DNA of 64,000 nucleotides from Laetmonice hystrix. Its lineage: Eukaryota. Location: contig OZ249437.1 of the NCBI GenBank assembly GCA_965235115.1, positions 16,182,001-16,246,000 on the forward strand, given 5' to 3'. A program made the position numbers and the translations under genes. The notes below the pieces were generated by a model. It searched no databases and was not told the origin of the DNA. It saw only the letters and a program-made list of their open reading frames with translations. This document shows, piece by piece, positions 41,501-53,700 of the stretch; the first letter of the stretch is position 1; each line of letters opens with the position of its first letter.

Positions 41501-43784
41501 AAGGTTTTTATGGTCTATGCATATCATCCTCGGACGCACAGCGAGAACACATGCACGCATCTCTAATATGTTTTCTACTTCATGAAATAACCAAATTTCC
41601 ACGGAGAAAGATTGTTAAGATACCATGACCCCATGGCAAATAGAACTAATCGACAGAGATTATAAGAGAGGAGAAGGGTAGTCTCTTGGGTCTACCTTTG
41701 GCGTTGCCGTTACGGTCCCCGATGGCACTTATCATGATCTCGCCGTTCGCTAAACAGTGAGTTGTGTGCAACATGCTGACGTCAGCAATACCCTGAATTT
41801 CAGACGTCTCAACCACCTAAAATCCCAGACAAAACAACCTCAAATTCTAATTGCATTCCGAGCACCAAGTTCAGAGAAAGAATTGCATTTTATGTTCTTT
41901 CCGAAGAGGGGATATAGTGACGAATCTATTGAAAAAGACATCACACAGAGTGACATTAGGCTCGGCCTATATAGGCCTCGCTCTATCGGACAAGGTAGTT
42001 ATACGTGTACATACTGCTTGCGTGATGCCTCAGTTAATCATTATTCTATTATCAGTTCCTCGCATGAAGAGAAAACACTCCTTAACCAACAAAAGGAGAG
42101 AACGTTACAAGTAATGTAATCAGAACGCTACACGTAACGTAATCAGAACGCTACACGTAACGTAATCAGAACGCTACACGTAACATAATCAGGACGCTAC
42201 ACGTATCGTAATCAGAACGCTACACGTAACGTAATCAGAACGCTACACGTATCGTAATCAGGACGCTACACGTAACGTAATCAGAACGCTACACGTAACG
42301 TAATCAGAACGCTACACGTAACGTAATCAGAACGCTACACGTAACGTAATCAGAACGCTACACGTATCGTAATCAGGACGCTACACGTAACGTAATCCTC
42401 TCTTCATGCAGTCGAGTCAGCCCACCTTGTGAATTTTAGGCGCGCGTGGTTTCGTCTGCACGTCGATGACGTAGATCCGGTTTGAAGCGAGGCCGGGAAC
42501 GATGAGTCGGTTTCGGATTTTTGTTGGGTCGTTACAACAACTGGAGCAGGCGTTCCATCCAGTGTGGTGGAGCTCGTCCCCAACGTTAGGCATCTCCAGG
42601 CGGTGGACCACCTGATGGCAAAGTAAAGTCAGTAGGGGGGCCTATAGAATGCCTTTTAACGGTTCGGGTTGCAGGCCTTTTGGTGGTTTGTTCAATCCCT
42701 GCAAAATTTACGCGCGTCTATGCGCGTGTATTTTTCTTGTTTGTTTTCTGATCGTTTTCTCTTTTTTTTTTGGGGGGGGGGGGGTCATTATTCACAGGAA
42801 AATGATATTTTCACCTTATTCAGGCGTCTAAGAACAGTATCTTAATTATCTGCGATATGTTGGTCAAAAACCAGATGGTCATATCGCATAGGTTCAATAC
42901 TTTCTGCACATTACCGTATTTAGACTTCCCTTTAATCCGTAATGCTAAATTCTACCATCAGCCCCTCCCTTGATCAGCTAACCTGACTATAGGTTGAAGA
43001 TTTTGGGTCGACGTCGACGGTAGCCAGATAGTCTGGGCGGGCTGACTGCGTGGTGTTGGCGTAGATACAAGGCATGTAGATCACCTGTTCCCGGGGGCCG
43101 TCCTTCATGGCCGACAGAGGGCTCTGGTAGCCTGGCCCGGCACAGCACGAGTCAGCCAGGCCTGGATCACACAAACTTACAACTATACACTATCGCTGAC
43201 ATTGTGTAATCATTGCTATATATCAGAGGTGCAGGAAGAAAAAAATATTATCGGGAGGGAGCAGATTTTTTTAAAGAATGACGTCCTAATGACTTAGGTC
43301 GACGGCCCTTACTTGACGTAGGTACGTCGGCCCTGGGTTGAGACTGTAGTCAGTTTCTTGTGGAGGTCCAGTAGCGTACCCAGGGAAGGGGGGGGGGGGG
43401 TGATTGGGGGTGTTTTTTGGTGCGCTTGTTCCCAATTTGCAGCGCCTACGACGTTGGTTATTTCCAGCACCCCCCTGGGTCCAGTTTCTGGGGACGCCAC
43501 TAAAGTCGGTGGTGGTTAGGGTTTGATTTCAATGGGTGTGCGTTCGTCCAAAGTCCAAATTAGGAGTGGTTATGATAAACAGAAAGTCCAAATTGGGGGG
43601 GGGGGGGGGGGGGAGAATGACATCCCCCAAGTATAAATATAAGGAGACTCCACTGCATACCGACTCGTGTGTACTTTAATTTTTTAAGGAGAGAGAGCAC
43701 GCAGTCGCTCTGGTTTGTTGAATGTTGACAAAGTTGCAGGATGATATCAAATTGTACCTTTACTTTCGAGGTCTGCTGACCCAT
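35535..43784 (-). CDS. SELENBP1: Methanethiol oxidase / selenium-binding protein 1 (SBP56 family); one donor site is non-canonical
   Basis: Exons 43784-43781 (ATG G), 43161-42983 ([24 protein letters not shown]...[10 protein letters not shown]), 42611-42426 ([15 protein letters not shown]), 41816-41696, 41429-41250 ([21 protein letters not shown]), 40893-40712 ([10 protein letters not shown]), 40448-40370, 39916-39795 ([30 protein letters not shown]), 37762-37697, 37350-37205 ([31 protein letters not shown]) and 35697-35535 ([17 protein letters not shown]). Confidence 0.95.
35810..37260 (-). repeat. 60-bp minisatellite (about 24 units) made of the SELENBP1 penultimate-exon end plus its donor
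   Basis: Minus-strand unit GTCACCACTTCACTATACAGTGTATGGGACAACCAGTTCTACCCCGACCTATCAAA|GTAA. Units are identical near the exon and carry substitutions and 1-bp indels distally. Confidence 0.97.
37899..38692. mobile_element. CAGGG-ended TIR element with 5-bp TSD in a SELENBP1 intron
   Basis: TIRs CAGGGATGTAG / CTACATCCCTG; GGTCG is duplicated on both flanks; the interior contains internal duplications. Confidence 0.7.
38870..39830 (-). repeat. 51-bp minisatellite (18 intact donor-bearing units plus a degenerate one) made of a SELENBP1 exon end plus its donor
   Basis: Minus-strand unit ATCTCTGACCCACAACACCCCAGGCTGGCCGGACAG|GTAAGGGACCATCGT. Two units are 50 bp with GTAGGG donors. Confidence 0.97.
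42110..42398. repeat. 23-bp minisatellite (about 12 copies) in a SELENBP1 intron
   Basis: GTAATCAGAACGCTACACGTAAC units. Confidence 0.95.
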
Positions 43785-43959
43785 TCTGACCGCAGTGCAC
43801 CGATGCTATAGGTTCAGTCATTTTTCAGGAATTCCTTCAGCCGCGGACGAAATGGTGCATGAGAGCTGAAAAAAGATAAGCAATTTAAAAGAAAGCATAT
43901 AGGCTATATAGGCCTACTGGTGTCAATATATCATTATGTAAATATTCGGTCTTGCCCGA

Positions 43960-44352
43960 CTCCATTTCACTGGCCCCGACTCCATTTCACTGGCCCGACT
44001 CCATGCAACTGACCCCGACTCAATTCAGCTGGCCCCGACTCCATACAACTGGCCCGCCTCCCCCCCCCCCCCCCCCCAACTGGCCCGACCCCCCCCCCCC
44101 CCAACTGGCCCGACCCCCCCCCCCCCCTCAACTGGCCCCGACTCCATACAACTGGTCCCGGCTCCATACAACTGGCCCCGACTCCATACAACTGACCCCG
44201 ACTCAATTCAACAGACCCCGACTCCATACAACTGCATGGCCCATCGCCCCCCCCCCCCTCCTCGCCCCCAACTGGCCCGACTCAATACAGCTGACCCCGA
44301 CTCCATACAAAAACTGACCCTGACTCAATTCAACTGACCCCGACTCCATACA
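43960..44352. repeat. Degenerate approximately 20-bp C-rich (G-rich on the minus strand) tandem repeat upstream of the SELENBP1 start
   Basis: ACTG(G/A)CCCCGACTCCATACA-type units interspersed with poly-C runs. Confidence 0.85.
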
Positions 44353-45045
44353 ACCAACGAGAGTAGACAGACCGGAGGTCCAGCTCGGCTCACGGGCTGG
44401 GCCTCTTTGGGGGCTCCAGACCCGAGCTTGTTTTCAAATTAGTCACAGACGATTACCAATTAACGCCAGTAAAGGGGTGAGGAGGGGTTGGGAGGGTACT
44501 GTCTAGTCTCGTTGATACAACTGACCCCGACTCCTCAACCAAGGTGGAGGTCGTGCAAAGGACCGTGCAGCAGCTGACGGGGAAAAGGCAGCACAGTAAG
44601 AAGCACTCCCAAACATGCAGATCGTGGCACAGGTACATACGTACTTGTCACCACCGGTGGTCTTGAAAGGGTGTCAAATAAAGTGGTGTCACTCGGAGAG
44701 ATTATCCTGCCCTGAATGGAGGCCATGTTCTCTATTTTTAGGAGAGGACAAAGTTCTCGCGCTCTGAGCAAGGTCAATCAGAATCTGTTCAGCAATAAGC
44801 ACCTGTTGGTATCGAGGGCCGACGTGATTTAGGGAACCTATTGTCATAACCTTCAAGTCAGTTGCTGCAGCTCAGGGCTTCCATTCTTGAGAAAGTTTAG
44901 GGGGAGATTTTGAAAATAAGTATGCTAAATGGCGCATTTGTGGGTAATCTGTGGCATTGTTTTCTTGTTTATTCGTCAAATAGGCCAGCCTACTCACTGC
45001 TGGGTGGTGGCAACATTTGGCATGTAGTTAATGCACAGTCTATGT

Positions 45046-45320
45046 CAGGGCCGGATCCAGGGGGGGGGGGGGGGCGTACGCCCCCTATTTTTGGCAGAGT
45101 AATGATTTTTTAAACTGGAATTTTACCAGTACTTTGCCCCCTGAAAAAAAGGAAGTTCTTTTCTCAGATGCCGGGAAAATGCATCTGACAAACATGAATT
45201 TTCAAATTTTTCGGGGGGAGGTTCCCCAGACCCCCCCCCTGGGGCTTTGCGCCTTCGGCGCTCGCAATCTTCTCCAGGGGCTACGCCCCCCCCTTTCTAA
45301 GAATCCTGGATCCGGCCCTG
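45046..45320. mobile_element. CAGGGCCGGATCC-type MITE with 5-bp TSD
   Basis: TIRs CAGGGCCGGATCCAGG / CCTGGATCCGGCCCTG; TATGT is present on both flanks. Confidence 0.8.
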
Positions 45321-45955
45321 TATGTATGGGTTGATAGGCCTATATCAGTGATCCAGAAATTTCTAAGGGGGATTTCCGAAGTTTAGGTACTTCAGAGATG
45401 GCCATAAGGCCATGCTCCTCTAGGAAATATAATAATAAAAAAGACTATATTAATAAAAAATAATGTACTCTCGGGACATCTTGTGTAGAAATATGATCTT
45501 CCTTTGTGTGGAAGTATCCAGTATCTGTGGACAGACCACCTTGTGTGGCCAGCCGTGCGGAAAACGCACGCGGTCATCGCTGGCTGTTTGCAAAATGGTA
45601 AAATGCAATATGTCCTACTGTTTCTGTGCATTTTTATAGGAGGGACATTGTTTGCCGTATAGGCAGGGATTTTCCCGGTTTCCACTATCAACTGTTCGGT
45701 TTTCTGGTCCTCTTCCTTCCGCCCCATCCTGCTGGCTGCTAGATGGTAAAATGGAATACAGATCACCCTGGGATCATCAGGTGCAAGGTGGTGTGACCAC
45801 AAATGCTGGATGCCTATTGGCTGAATGGATGATCGGTCGAGGCAACACGCCGCGTGATACGCACAGAAACCTATTCTGAGGTTTCGGTCATTTCACGCTG
45901 CGGTCGCAATGCGTGTTTTTTAACGCCAAGCCGAAGTGTGTGGTTTCCCATTGTA

Positions 45956-47401
45956 AAGGCCTCCACACACTTGGCAGTTCACGCCGCGATGTGACGTCGC
46001 GTGAAACGCGTCGCGAAAACGCGTTGTAACCCATAAAGGCCTCCACACACTTGGGCAGTTTAGGCTACGTCAGCACGCCGCGTGAAACGCCCGGCGTAAC
46101 CACTGGGCGTTTCGCGCTGCGATAAAATGATTCCCACTTGCGCGGAAAACGCACGCGGTCATCGCTGGCTGTTTGCAAAATGGCAAAATGCAAAATGCAA
46201 TATGTCCTACTGTTTCTGTGCATCTTTATAGGAGGGACATTGTTTGTCGTATCGGCAGGAATTCTTCTCGGTTTCTACTATCAACAGTCAGTTTACTGTT
46301 CGGTTTTCTGATCCTCTTCCTTCCGCCCCATCCTGCTAGATGATAAAATGGAATACAGATCACCCTGGGATCATCAGGTGCAAGGTGGTTACAGATCACC
46401 CTGGGATCATCAGGTGCAAGGTGGTGTGACAAAAGAGTGTAGAATGACCACAGATACTGGATGCCTATTGGCTGAATGGATGATCGGCCGAGGCAACACG
46501 CCGCGTGATACGCAGAAAAACCTATTCTGAGGTTTTGGTCATTTCACGCCTTTTCTACAGGCCTTTACTGCAGGAGAGGGAAACATATAGTATGGAGAGT
46601 ACCATCACTTTCTTTTCAACATCCTTGTACTCATGCCATGGACTTGTCATAGAGGCTGGGGTGTTTCTCAACCTATACTATCAGAGCTCGTATCCACTAA
46701 GCCGATTTTCCTTGCGACGTCCATGCGATTTTGACATCACCCTTTTATTTTACTGTTATTTTGAGATTAAAGGATGGAACCCATTTCCTGAAACAGGGAA
46801 GGCCAGCCAGGAAAACTTTCAGCATGGCAGGTAGGCGAGTACTATCTCCTGATTACGTCCACTTTCTCGTATATTCTGGTCTAAATGTACTTGGTGGATG
46901 TGCTTCTGTAGCAGGATGAGGTCGCCGGTCTTTGGATGTCATGATGCCACCACACAATGGTATGACCTACGCCCCGCTGCGGTTAATCGCTTCGAATGCT
47001 ATTTTTGCAACGGATTTTCCCCTGTGCGTCGGCCGCAGCGGGGTCAATCAGATATTTTTGCCGCATCGCCCAAGTAGAAATCATTCAGTTGTACCAATCT
47101 CGGGTGGGTATTTGGGGTTTTACGCCTTGCAACAGCCAGGGTCATATCACGGCGGTGAAGATGATGATGAAAGTCAGTTTTTCTTGGTGGAGGAAACCGG
47201 AGTACCCGGAGGAAACCACCGACCATCGGGAAGGAACTGACTGCCAAACCTTTCACACATGCAGCCCAGGCCGGGGATCGAACCCGGATCGCAGCGGTGT
47301 GAGGCGATGGTCCTTGGCGTCATGAGCCAACACCAATCTCGGCGTTGTGCGTCGCGCTTTCCCGCAGCGGTAAAACGCGATCGATAGTGGGTACAGGCCT
47401 T
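45956..47401. mobile_element. Composite or nested non-autonomous DNA-transposon-like region
   Basis: TA|AAGGCC...GGCCTT|TA ends at 45956/47401 and again at 46036/46565. About 350-400 bp is duplicated between about 45560-45900 and about 46140-46550. Confidence 0.5.
47100..47330 (-). mobile_element. tRNA-derived SINE
   Basis: The minus strand has a B-box-like GGGTTCGATCCCC, followed by GGTGGTTTCCTCCGGGTACTCCGGTTTCCTCCACCAA, a core I recall from aquatic-invertebrate SINEs. Confidence 0.7.
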
Positions 47402-49205
47402 TAAAAACGGGCCGATGGTCCCGTGTTCGACGAACATGTGTGGAACTACAAACAGGGGAGCACATTGTGTGCTTGTGAACCACAGTACACACATATAAAC
47501 TGTGCCTCTCGTCCTGCCCTTGACTTTACAAACATTCACTGTTTTTTAAAAAGTAGCTAGATATATGTCAGCTATAGGCCTATCTGCCGCCGATCAGCTG
47601 TCCATTATAGGCCTATCCGCGGTTCCGACGCCTATAGCTATTAATTCTATAAATTCCCTGAAATCGTCGACTAGTTAAGGTTTTTTTCCACATTAGACAG
47701 AGTTTAGATTTAGATTTTATTTATTTGGTATAGCTCGGCCCTATATCCTATACGATAAGTATGCACCGTTTGAGAATGTCACCTTACCACGTGGCCTCCT
47801 CGCAGATTACACAATCATGGCCACGGTCCTCTCGTTCCCTTCCCAGACACTCCCAGATCTAATCTATAACTTTTTCACTTGGCGGGGACGTTAAACAAGT
47901 AATTTTTTTAATGCGGCCTTTTCTCATTTCTACCCTTCATGAAGGATATATATAGGCGCCCTAAGTGAAAGTAAATCTAGGTCGTCAGGCATAGCGACCT
48001 ATATTTTGCTCATCGACAGGGAGATTGAATTTACATTAGGCGCGTTCGTTCCCCACGAAATCAAAAATCTTGTGACGCCTTGGCCTGGGGAATGAGCGAC
48101 ATTTGGGGGGGGGTTGGGGTTGGGGAGGGGGGGGGGGGGTTGTCCGGAACCCAGGACTGATGCGGATGTAGGTTTTTTTAAGGGGGGAGGGGCTGTAGCC
48201 GTGGGCAGGGCGAGCGCTGAAGGCGTGAAGCCCTGCGGGTCCGGGGGCACCCCTGGACTATAATTGTGGAGCCCATATATTTGGAGCCCATTCGCCACCG
48301 AATTAATTCATATATGTATTCTACCTCAATTTAGTTAGGCCTACCTACTTAGGCCTATATTATTGCGACAGCGAAACACTAACAGCGTGAATCAGTGCTC
48401 GTTTTTTTTCTTGGCACATGGACTTCTCATTCTCAGAAATTGACGTCATTAGGAATTTTTGTCATCTTCACATAGGTTGACATCTCTGGAGATGTCAAAA
48501 GTGAACATAAAAAGAAAAGAAAAAGAAAAGCGGCTCGAAGGGACCAAATTTACTCCCCTCCCGGAACCCCACCCCTTTCGCCCTAACAATATAACATGGA
48601 AATTTGATAATTTGCAAAGTTTGGACCTCCCCCCGATCCATTTTTTTTAGCCCCCCCCCCCCCCTCAAATCCTGGCTAGGCCTACCTATATACCTTCCTC
48701 TCGGTGCGGTGCTGTGTGGACCACCTGCGGTTATATTCCAACAACACGACGAGCTCTACAACCGATCACGTCTCGCTCCGAGTGGGAACGGTCCAAGGAG
48801 TGCGAGCAATATGGGACAGAAGGCTAGGGCATTCTTCAATGGGTCACACACCGGCATGTACGATGGCCTCGAGTCACCTATTAGAGAATTCACTCCTTGG
48901 GATTCGTCACAGTGGACCGGGGCGGCGGGGGGGGGGGGGGGGCAGCAACAGTCCAGCCGGACAGGACGGGCAGTTATACCAATTGAGAAGTCGAAGTGTT
49001 CCGGAGTGTAGGCCTATACAAGTTCTTAAAGGGAAATGTGAGTGTTCGACGGAATTTGATTGACCACTAGAATTTTCAAAATATTTTCAAAATATCAGCC
49101 ATATCTCAGGCGAGACTCGAAAAAAATAATCAAGCTGTCAGTTGGTCTAAAAAAGAATTTCCGACTCTCCCCCCCCCCAAAAAAAAAAGTCTGCTAAACT
49201 TAAAG

Positions 49206-50541
49206 GGGTCATTCTCCTGAAAACGTATAGGCCTAAAGTGACGTCACTGCTATTTATATCAGAATATTTCTAGAGAAAATGAACAAGACCACTAATTTCG
49301 AACGTAATATGATTAATTAATGTATTTCTTGTAAAAAAAACACTCTATTTATAGTATATTATGTGGTAATACAATTTTTTACAGCCACTGAGGAATCAAA
49401 AAATGAGCAAAATCGCTTGTCACTAATGTTGGCCTCAAATGTTGTTTCTTCCTTCAAGCACATTAATAATTAAATGTGCTTGAAGTTACTGATATTTATA
49501 TAAAAGAATGATGCCTTTAATTAATTTATACAAGAAAAATATTGATCATACAGTAACACGTTATTCTCTGAAAAATTACACTACAACGGCCGTCACCGCA
49601 TTTTTTGTCAGTGGTGTTACCAGACACCAGATCTCACATTTGAGATAATAACTGATCCCTGAAGTTCCATTTTTCAACACGAGAGGGCAGTACGACTTCC
49701 TGGCCACAGACACACGTGAAACAGTTAGCGAAGTTTTACAGGTTTTTTAAAAAAATGGAATTATTTTGGTCAAGTCTCTTCAGTAGATCTATTTTAATTA
49801 GGTGTCAGTAGTGTTACCTTAATATCACCCTTATTATACCAGATATTCTTAAGAAATTATATGTGCAGATTAAGTAAGTGTAGCCCTGTGTCAAAACACA
49901 ATTAACCTTGATGACAGGGTCAATGGTCAGGAGCAGTCATTATTTTAACATAAAATGTCAGTGGTGTTACGCGTCAGTGGTGTGACACCTACTGGTAACA
50001 CCACTGACATTTTGAGAACAGTCAAGGTCTCTACAGCATGTTAAGTTCTTTTAGATGGTTCAATACTAGATGTTAAGCTGGAAACACACGCATGCTGTCT
50101 GTGATGTTTAACTCAATTTAGGCTAAGTCACTGGTGTTACTTGCCGTCAGTGGTGTTTATGTAGGCCTAATTTGTCAGTGGTGTGACCAGTGATGAAATC
50201 ACTGCCATATTATAAAGATCACTTTTTTCAACTACAGGAAATATAGCTATATTTCCTGTCCAGGTGACCTAAGTGGACAACGCACTATTAGAATTCAACA
50301 TCTTTGCAGTCAGTATGCACCAAGATTTGTGGGGGTCACACCACTGACAAAAAGGTCATGGGTTAGGAACATTTCCTCCAAAAATTTCAGGGTTGTATGA
50401 AGGTGGGAGCTCAAGGATATGTCATTTTAAAATGTTCATAATAATGTATGTTTCAGATAATAAAAACGAATTTGATTGGAATAGATTTTTTTTGGTTGGT
50501 TTTTCGTTTCGGGTTTTATAACGTTTTCAGGAGAATGACCC
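49206..50541. mobile_element. 1.34-kb non-autonomous TIR element directly upstream of ABCD3
   Basis: Perfect 21-bp TIR GGGTCATTCTCCTGAAAACGT; candidate 4-bp TSD AAAG; about 9 internal GTCAGTGGTGT(T/G)AC-like motifs in both orientations; no ORF. Confidence 0.8.
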
Positions 50542-50711
50542 AAAGGCCCCGAAAACAGATTTGTAGGCTAGATCTATGCTCCACCTAGCGGTCCCTTGTA
50601 AAACAACTGCAGCGCCATCTCTGAGAGGGACGTTGAAGCAGATTTAAGCTCTCTTTGACGAAGGGAGGAAAGCGACGTCGTCATCGAGACCACGTGATTG
50701 TCGTTATCAAC

Positions 50712-53700
50712 ATGGCGGCCTTCAGTAAGTTACGAGAAGTTCTCACGCCGCGAAACTCGGCATTGACTGCTATAGCCATCACATCAGTGTGGGTGGCATC
50801 GCGAAAGTTGAAAAGGAAACGGCCAAGAAAGTAAGTATAGAGGTCTGAAGGGAGAATTCAAATTGTTATTGGAGGAGTCGCACTACGATTAGGGATGGGC
50901 GTGCCGGCCTTAGCCTGGCTCAGGCTACTCCAACAAGTCAGAGTACTGACTCCTAGTCCTTACGTCCATACGGACTCTGACCGTCGAGTACAAATGCGCC
51001 AGCGACTGCTATCCTGCCGTGGTTCTATCTCGGTCCTATCGCGCATCATCGCCTCAAAGTCATGTTTCAGACCACTTTTGGCACTGAAACTTGCTGAGAG
51101 TACACAAAAGAGGTTACTTCAACAGATACGTAAATGTATTTTGTTGGATGTTATCTTAGTAGGTGAAATTCTCAGTTTGTTTGGTCAAATACAGCGCAGC
51201 GCGGGTGACGAGCGGTGACCCAGTTTATCGCGTGTGCGTATTTTCGACCTCTAAAGTGGATCCGGAACGGACCGCATAAGTAGGTCGCGCTCTGTTCAAG
51301 CAGACGCTGACGGCACAGAGTGAAGCTACCCGTTTCGGGTACCAGTAGCGATCTAACTTTTATCAGTTCCCGGTCACTCGGTGCACCGCAGACGGCTGAC
51401 GGACCTACGGACCCGACATGCTCGTAAACAACCGGACCGTGTGGACGTTATATTTGTCCAATAATTATAATCAAAGTAGGAATAGAAATTTCAATACCGT
51501 GGCTCTCTATGAAAATCGATTTCATACTCCGTGGAAGAGGTTTAGTACCAAAACGAAGGCCGCAAAGTTGCGATAACGGACCTCTTCGCAGAGCGCCCAT
51601 GAGTCGCTAGGCCAGCGTCACTCGACAACTAAACGGTGTTCTGGAAGACACCGTTTAGAAACTGAACTAGGCTCAGGCATGCAGGCCCATGCCTGCTTCG
51701 TCACTCAGCCAGTCAGTGTCGTTACTCCCTTCACTTTAGCTTTGAACACCATGACCATACCAGCTAGGCATAGCCCCAGGCCCACGGCCAGGCCTAGTTC
51801 AGTTTCTAAACGGTGTCTTCCAGAACACTGTTTATTCAGTTTCTAAACGGTGTCTTCCAGAACACTGTTTATTCAGTTTCTAAACGGTGTCTTCCAAACC
51901 ACTGTTTAGTTGCGAATTAGTTCTGCGAATAGATTTCTCATCGCAACTTTGCAGCCTTCGTTTAGAGTTTCTATCGGCACGACAGTCGTGCCGATACAGA
52001 ACTACGGCAGTATCTATCTGCATGACAGTCGTGCCGCTACAGAAATGTATTTGCATGACTGTGCAGATGGGAGTGTCTATAACACGTTAGGGGTTAGTCT
52101 TGTCAAAGGGGCTCTGGCCCTACTATATTCAATAGTTATGGGTCAGAGCGCACTGTCATCTACAACGCGTGGATCTGTGTGTTCACCCCATTTGCGAAAG
52201 CAACCTCCACATTCTGAGTGTCCCAGATTATTGTATAACCTATGAAAAATAAAACGTGAACGTTTGTCTTTCCAACCCTCTATCGTAAGTTTCTATGATG
52301 TTTCCCAGCCGGATTTTCACATCTTCCCGGCGCCATTATGCGAAGCGAGCTCTATACCCAAGGAGCTGCATACCGTGCATCGATTGGATATGAAAATCCG
52401 TGGAGGTTTTGGTGGTATTACGGAGCCGGCAAAATTGGAGCAATCTGATCGGCTTAAATTGCACTGCATCGAAATTCAAATTTCCGAAATACATGGGAAT
52501 CTACAAACCGCTTCCTTATCTGCCACTTCTATAAACAGATTCCAAACATTTAGTGACTTTTCCATTTGATTCTACCTACTATTCACGTCAAATCGCCTGT
52601 CCAAAACTTAACGGCCAATCTCTCCCGTTTACGGCCGCTTGACCAAAGTGAAAATGGTGGAAAACGTAGCCTGCTAGACTTTGGATTTGGAACCCGATCT
52701 GTTGAATTCCACTGTGATGTCACAATATCGACATAATTATGCTTATTCCAAAGTCTACTGTGACGTCACAATATTACCATGGTCATCATAAGACGACAAT
52801 GGGCGTTGCTAAGTGACCTATTACGCACCGCAGGCGCAGATCAAGAGGGAGGTTTTGGGGGTCATGACCCCCCTCTTCTCGGCCATTTTATAATGACAGA
52901 TGATAATTTTTATCAATTTAATTTTGAGCAAAAGGTCAGCACCGAAAGCTCTTCAATTCTATGGCCTTTTATATTCCCAAAAATTTTCAGTCGAATGGCC
53001 CCCCCCCCTTGGCGCGGGTAGCAGTTTCTCTGAACCTATCCCAGTTTTAACTCTTTTTCATACACAGTACTGCTTTATGCAGGGGTTGAAAAATTTACGA
53101 ATGCCCTCCCGGCACCTAGTTTTCCCCCATATTGGAATTCTTGGTGCCCTACCATTCTGATTTGAATTCCAAACAGCTAAATTTATTCAAATGTATTTTG
53201 TTAAAGTATCAATTTGTAGGTTTTTTTAATTGAAAAGTAGAAAATAAGTAAGAAATATTATACACAGGGGCAAGTCACTCATAACTTCATATTGTCATGC
53301 TAACAAGAGTTGCAGCTTGCTACACTTGCAGGCGTGGATCCGGGGGGAAGATCAGGGGTTCAAACCACCCACCCTTTGTTGAGCCCCAAAGTGCCCTTCT
53401 TGCCTAACTTTTGTAGGTTATATCATTCAGTGTGATGTCCCTTTAAGAAGACCCTGAACACTGTCTTGCACTGGCCTGGGTCATTTGAACGTGCCCGTCT
53501 GGGCATCTTCTTTTGTGACAAAATCTTTCTTTAGGTGCCCCAATAAAAATCTAGGTGCCCATGGGCACACGGGCACGTGATTTTTGGAGCCCTGTTTATG
53601 TCAGAAGTTATACAGTTTTGTGCGATCCAGTTTGTGGGCTGTGACTCCAACAGGGTGTTCTAGCCTTTATCCCTCCCCTACATTATTTCACACTGACCAT

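Noticed and set aside
35535-43784. Selenocysteine recoding or SECIS in SELENBP1
   Set aside because: No in-frame TGA occurs in the assembled CDS, and this family is not a Sec-containing selenoprotein.
44535-44777. ORF with faint resemblance to a LINE reverse-transcriptase segment (LCPLL..IE)
   Set aside because: The resemblance is too weak, with no (Y/F)ADD motif or extended similarity.
48604-49063. Overlapping 135-aa and 119-aa ORFs
   Set aside because: They are kept open by poly-C/G tracts; no recognisable homology or exon boundaries.
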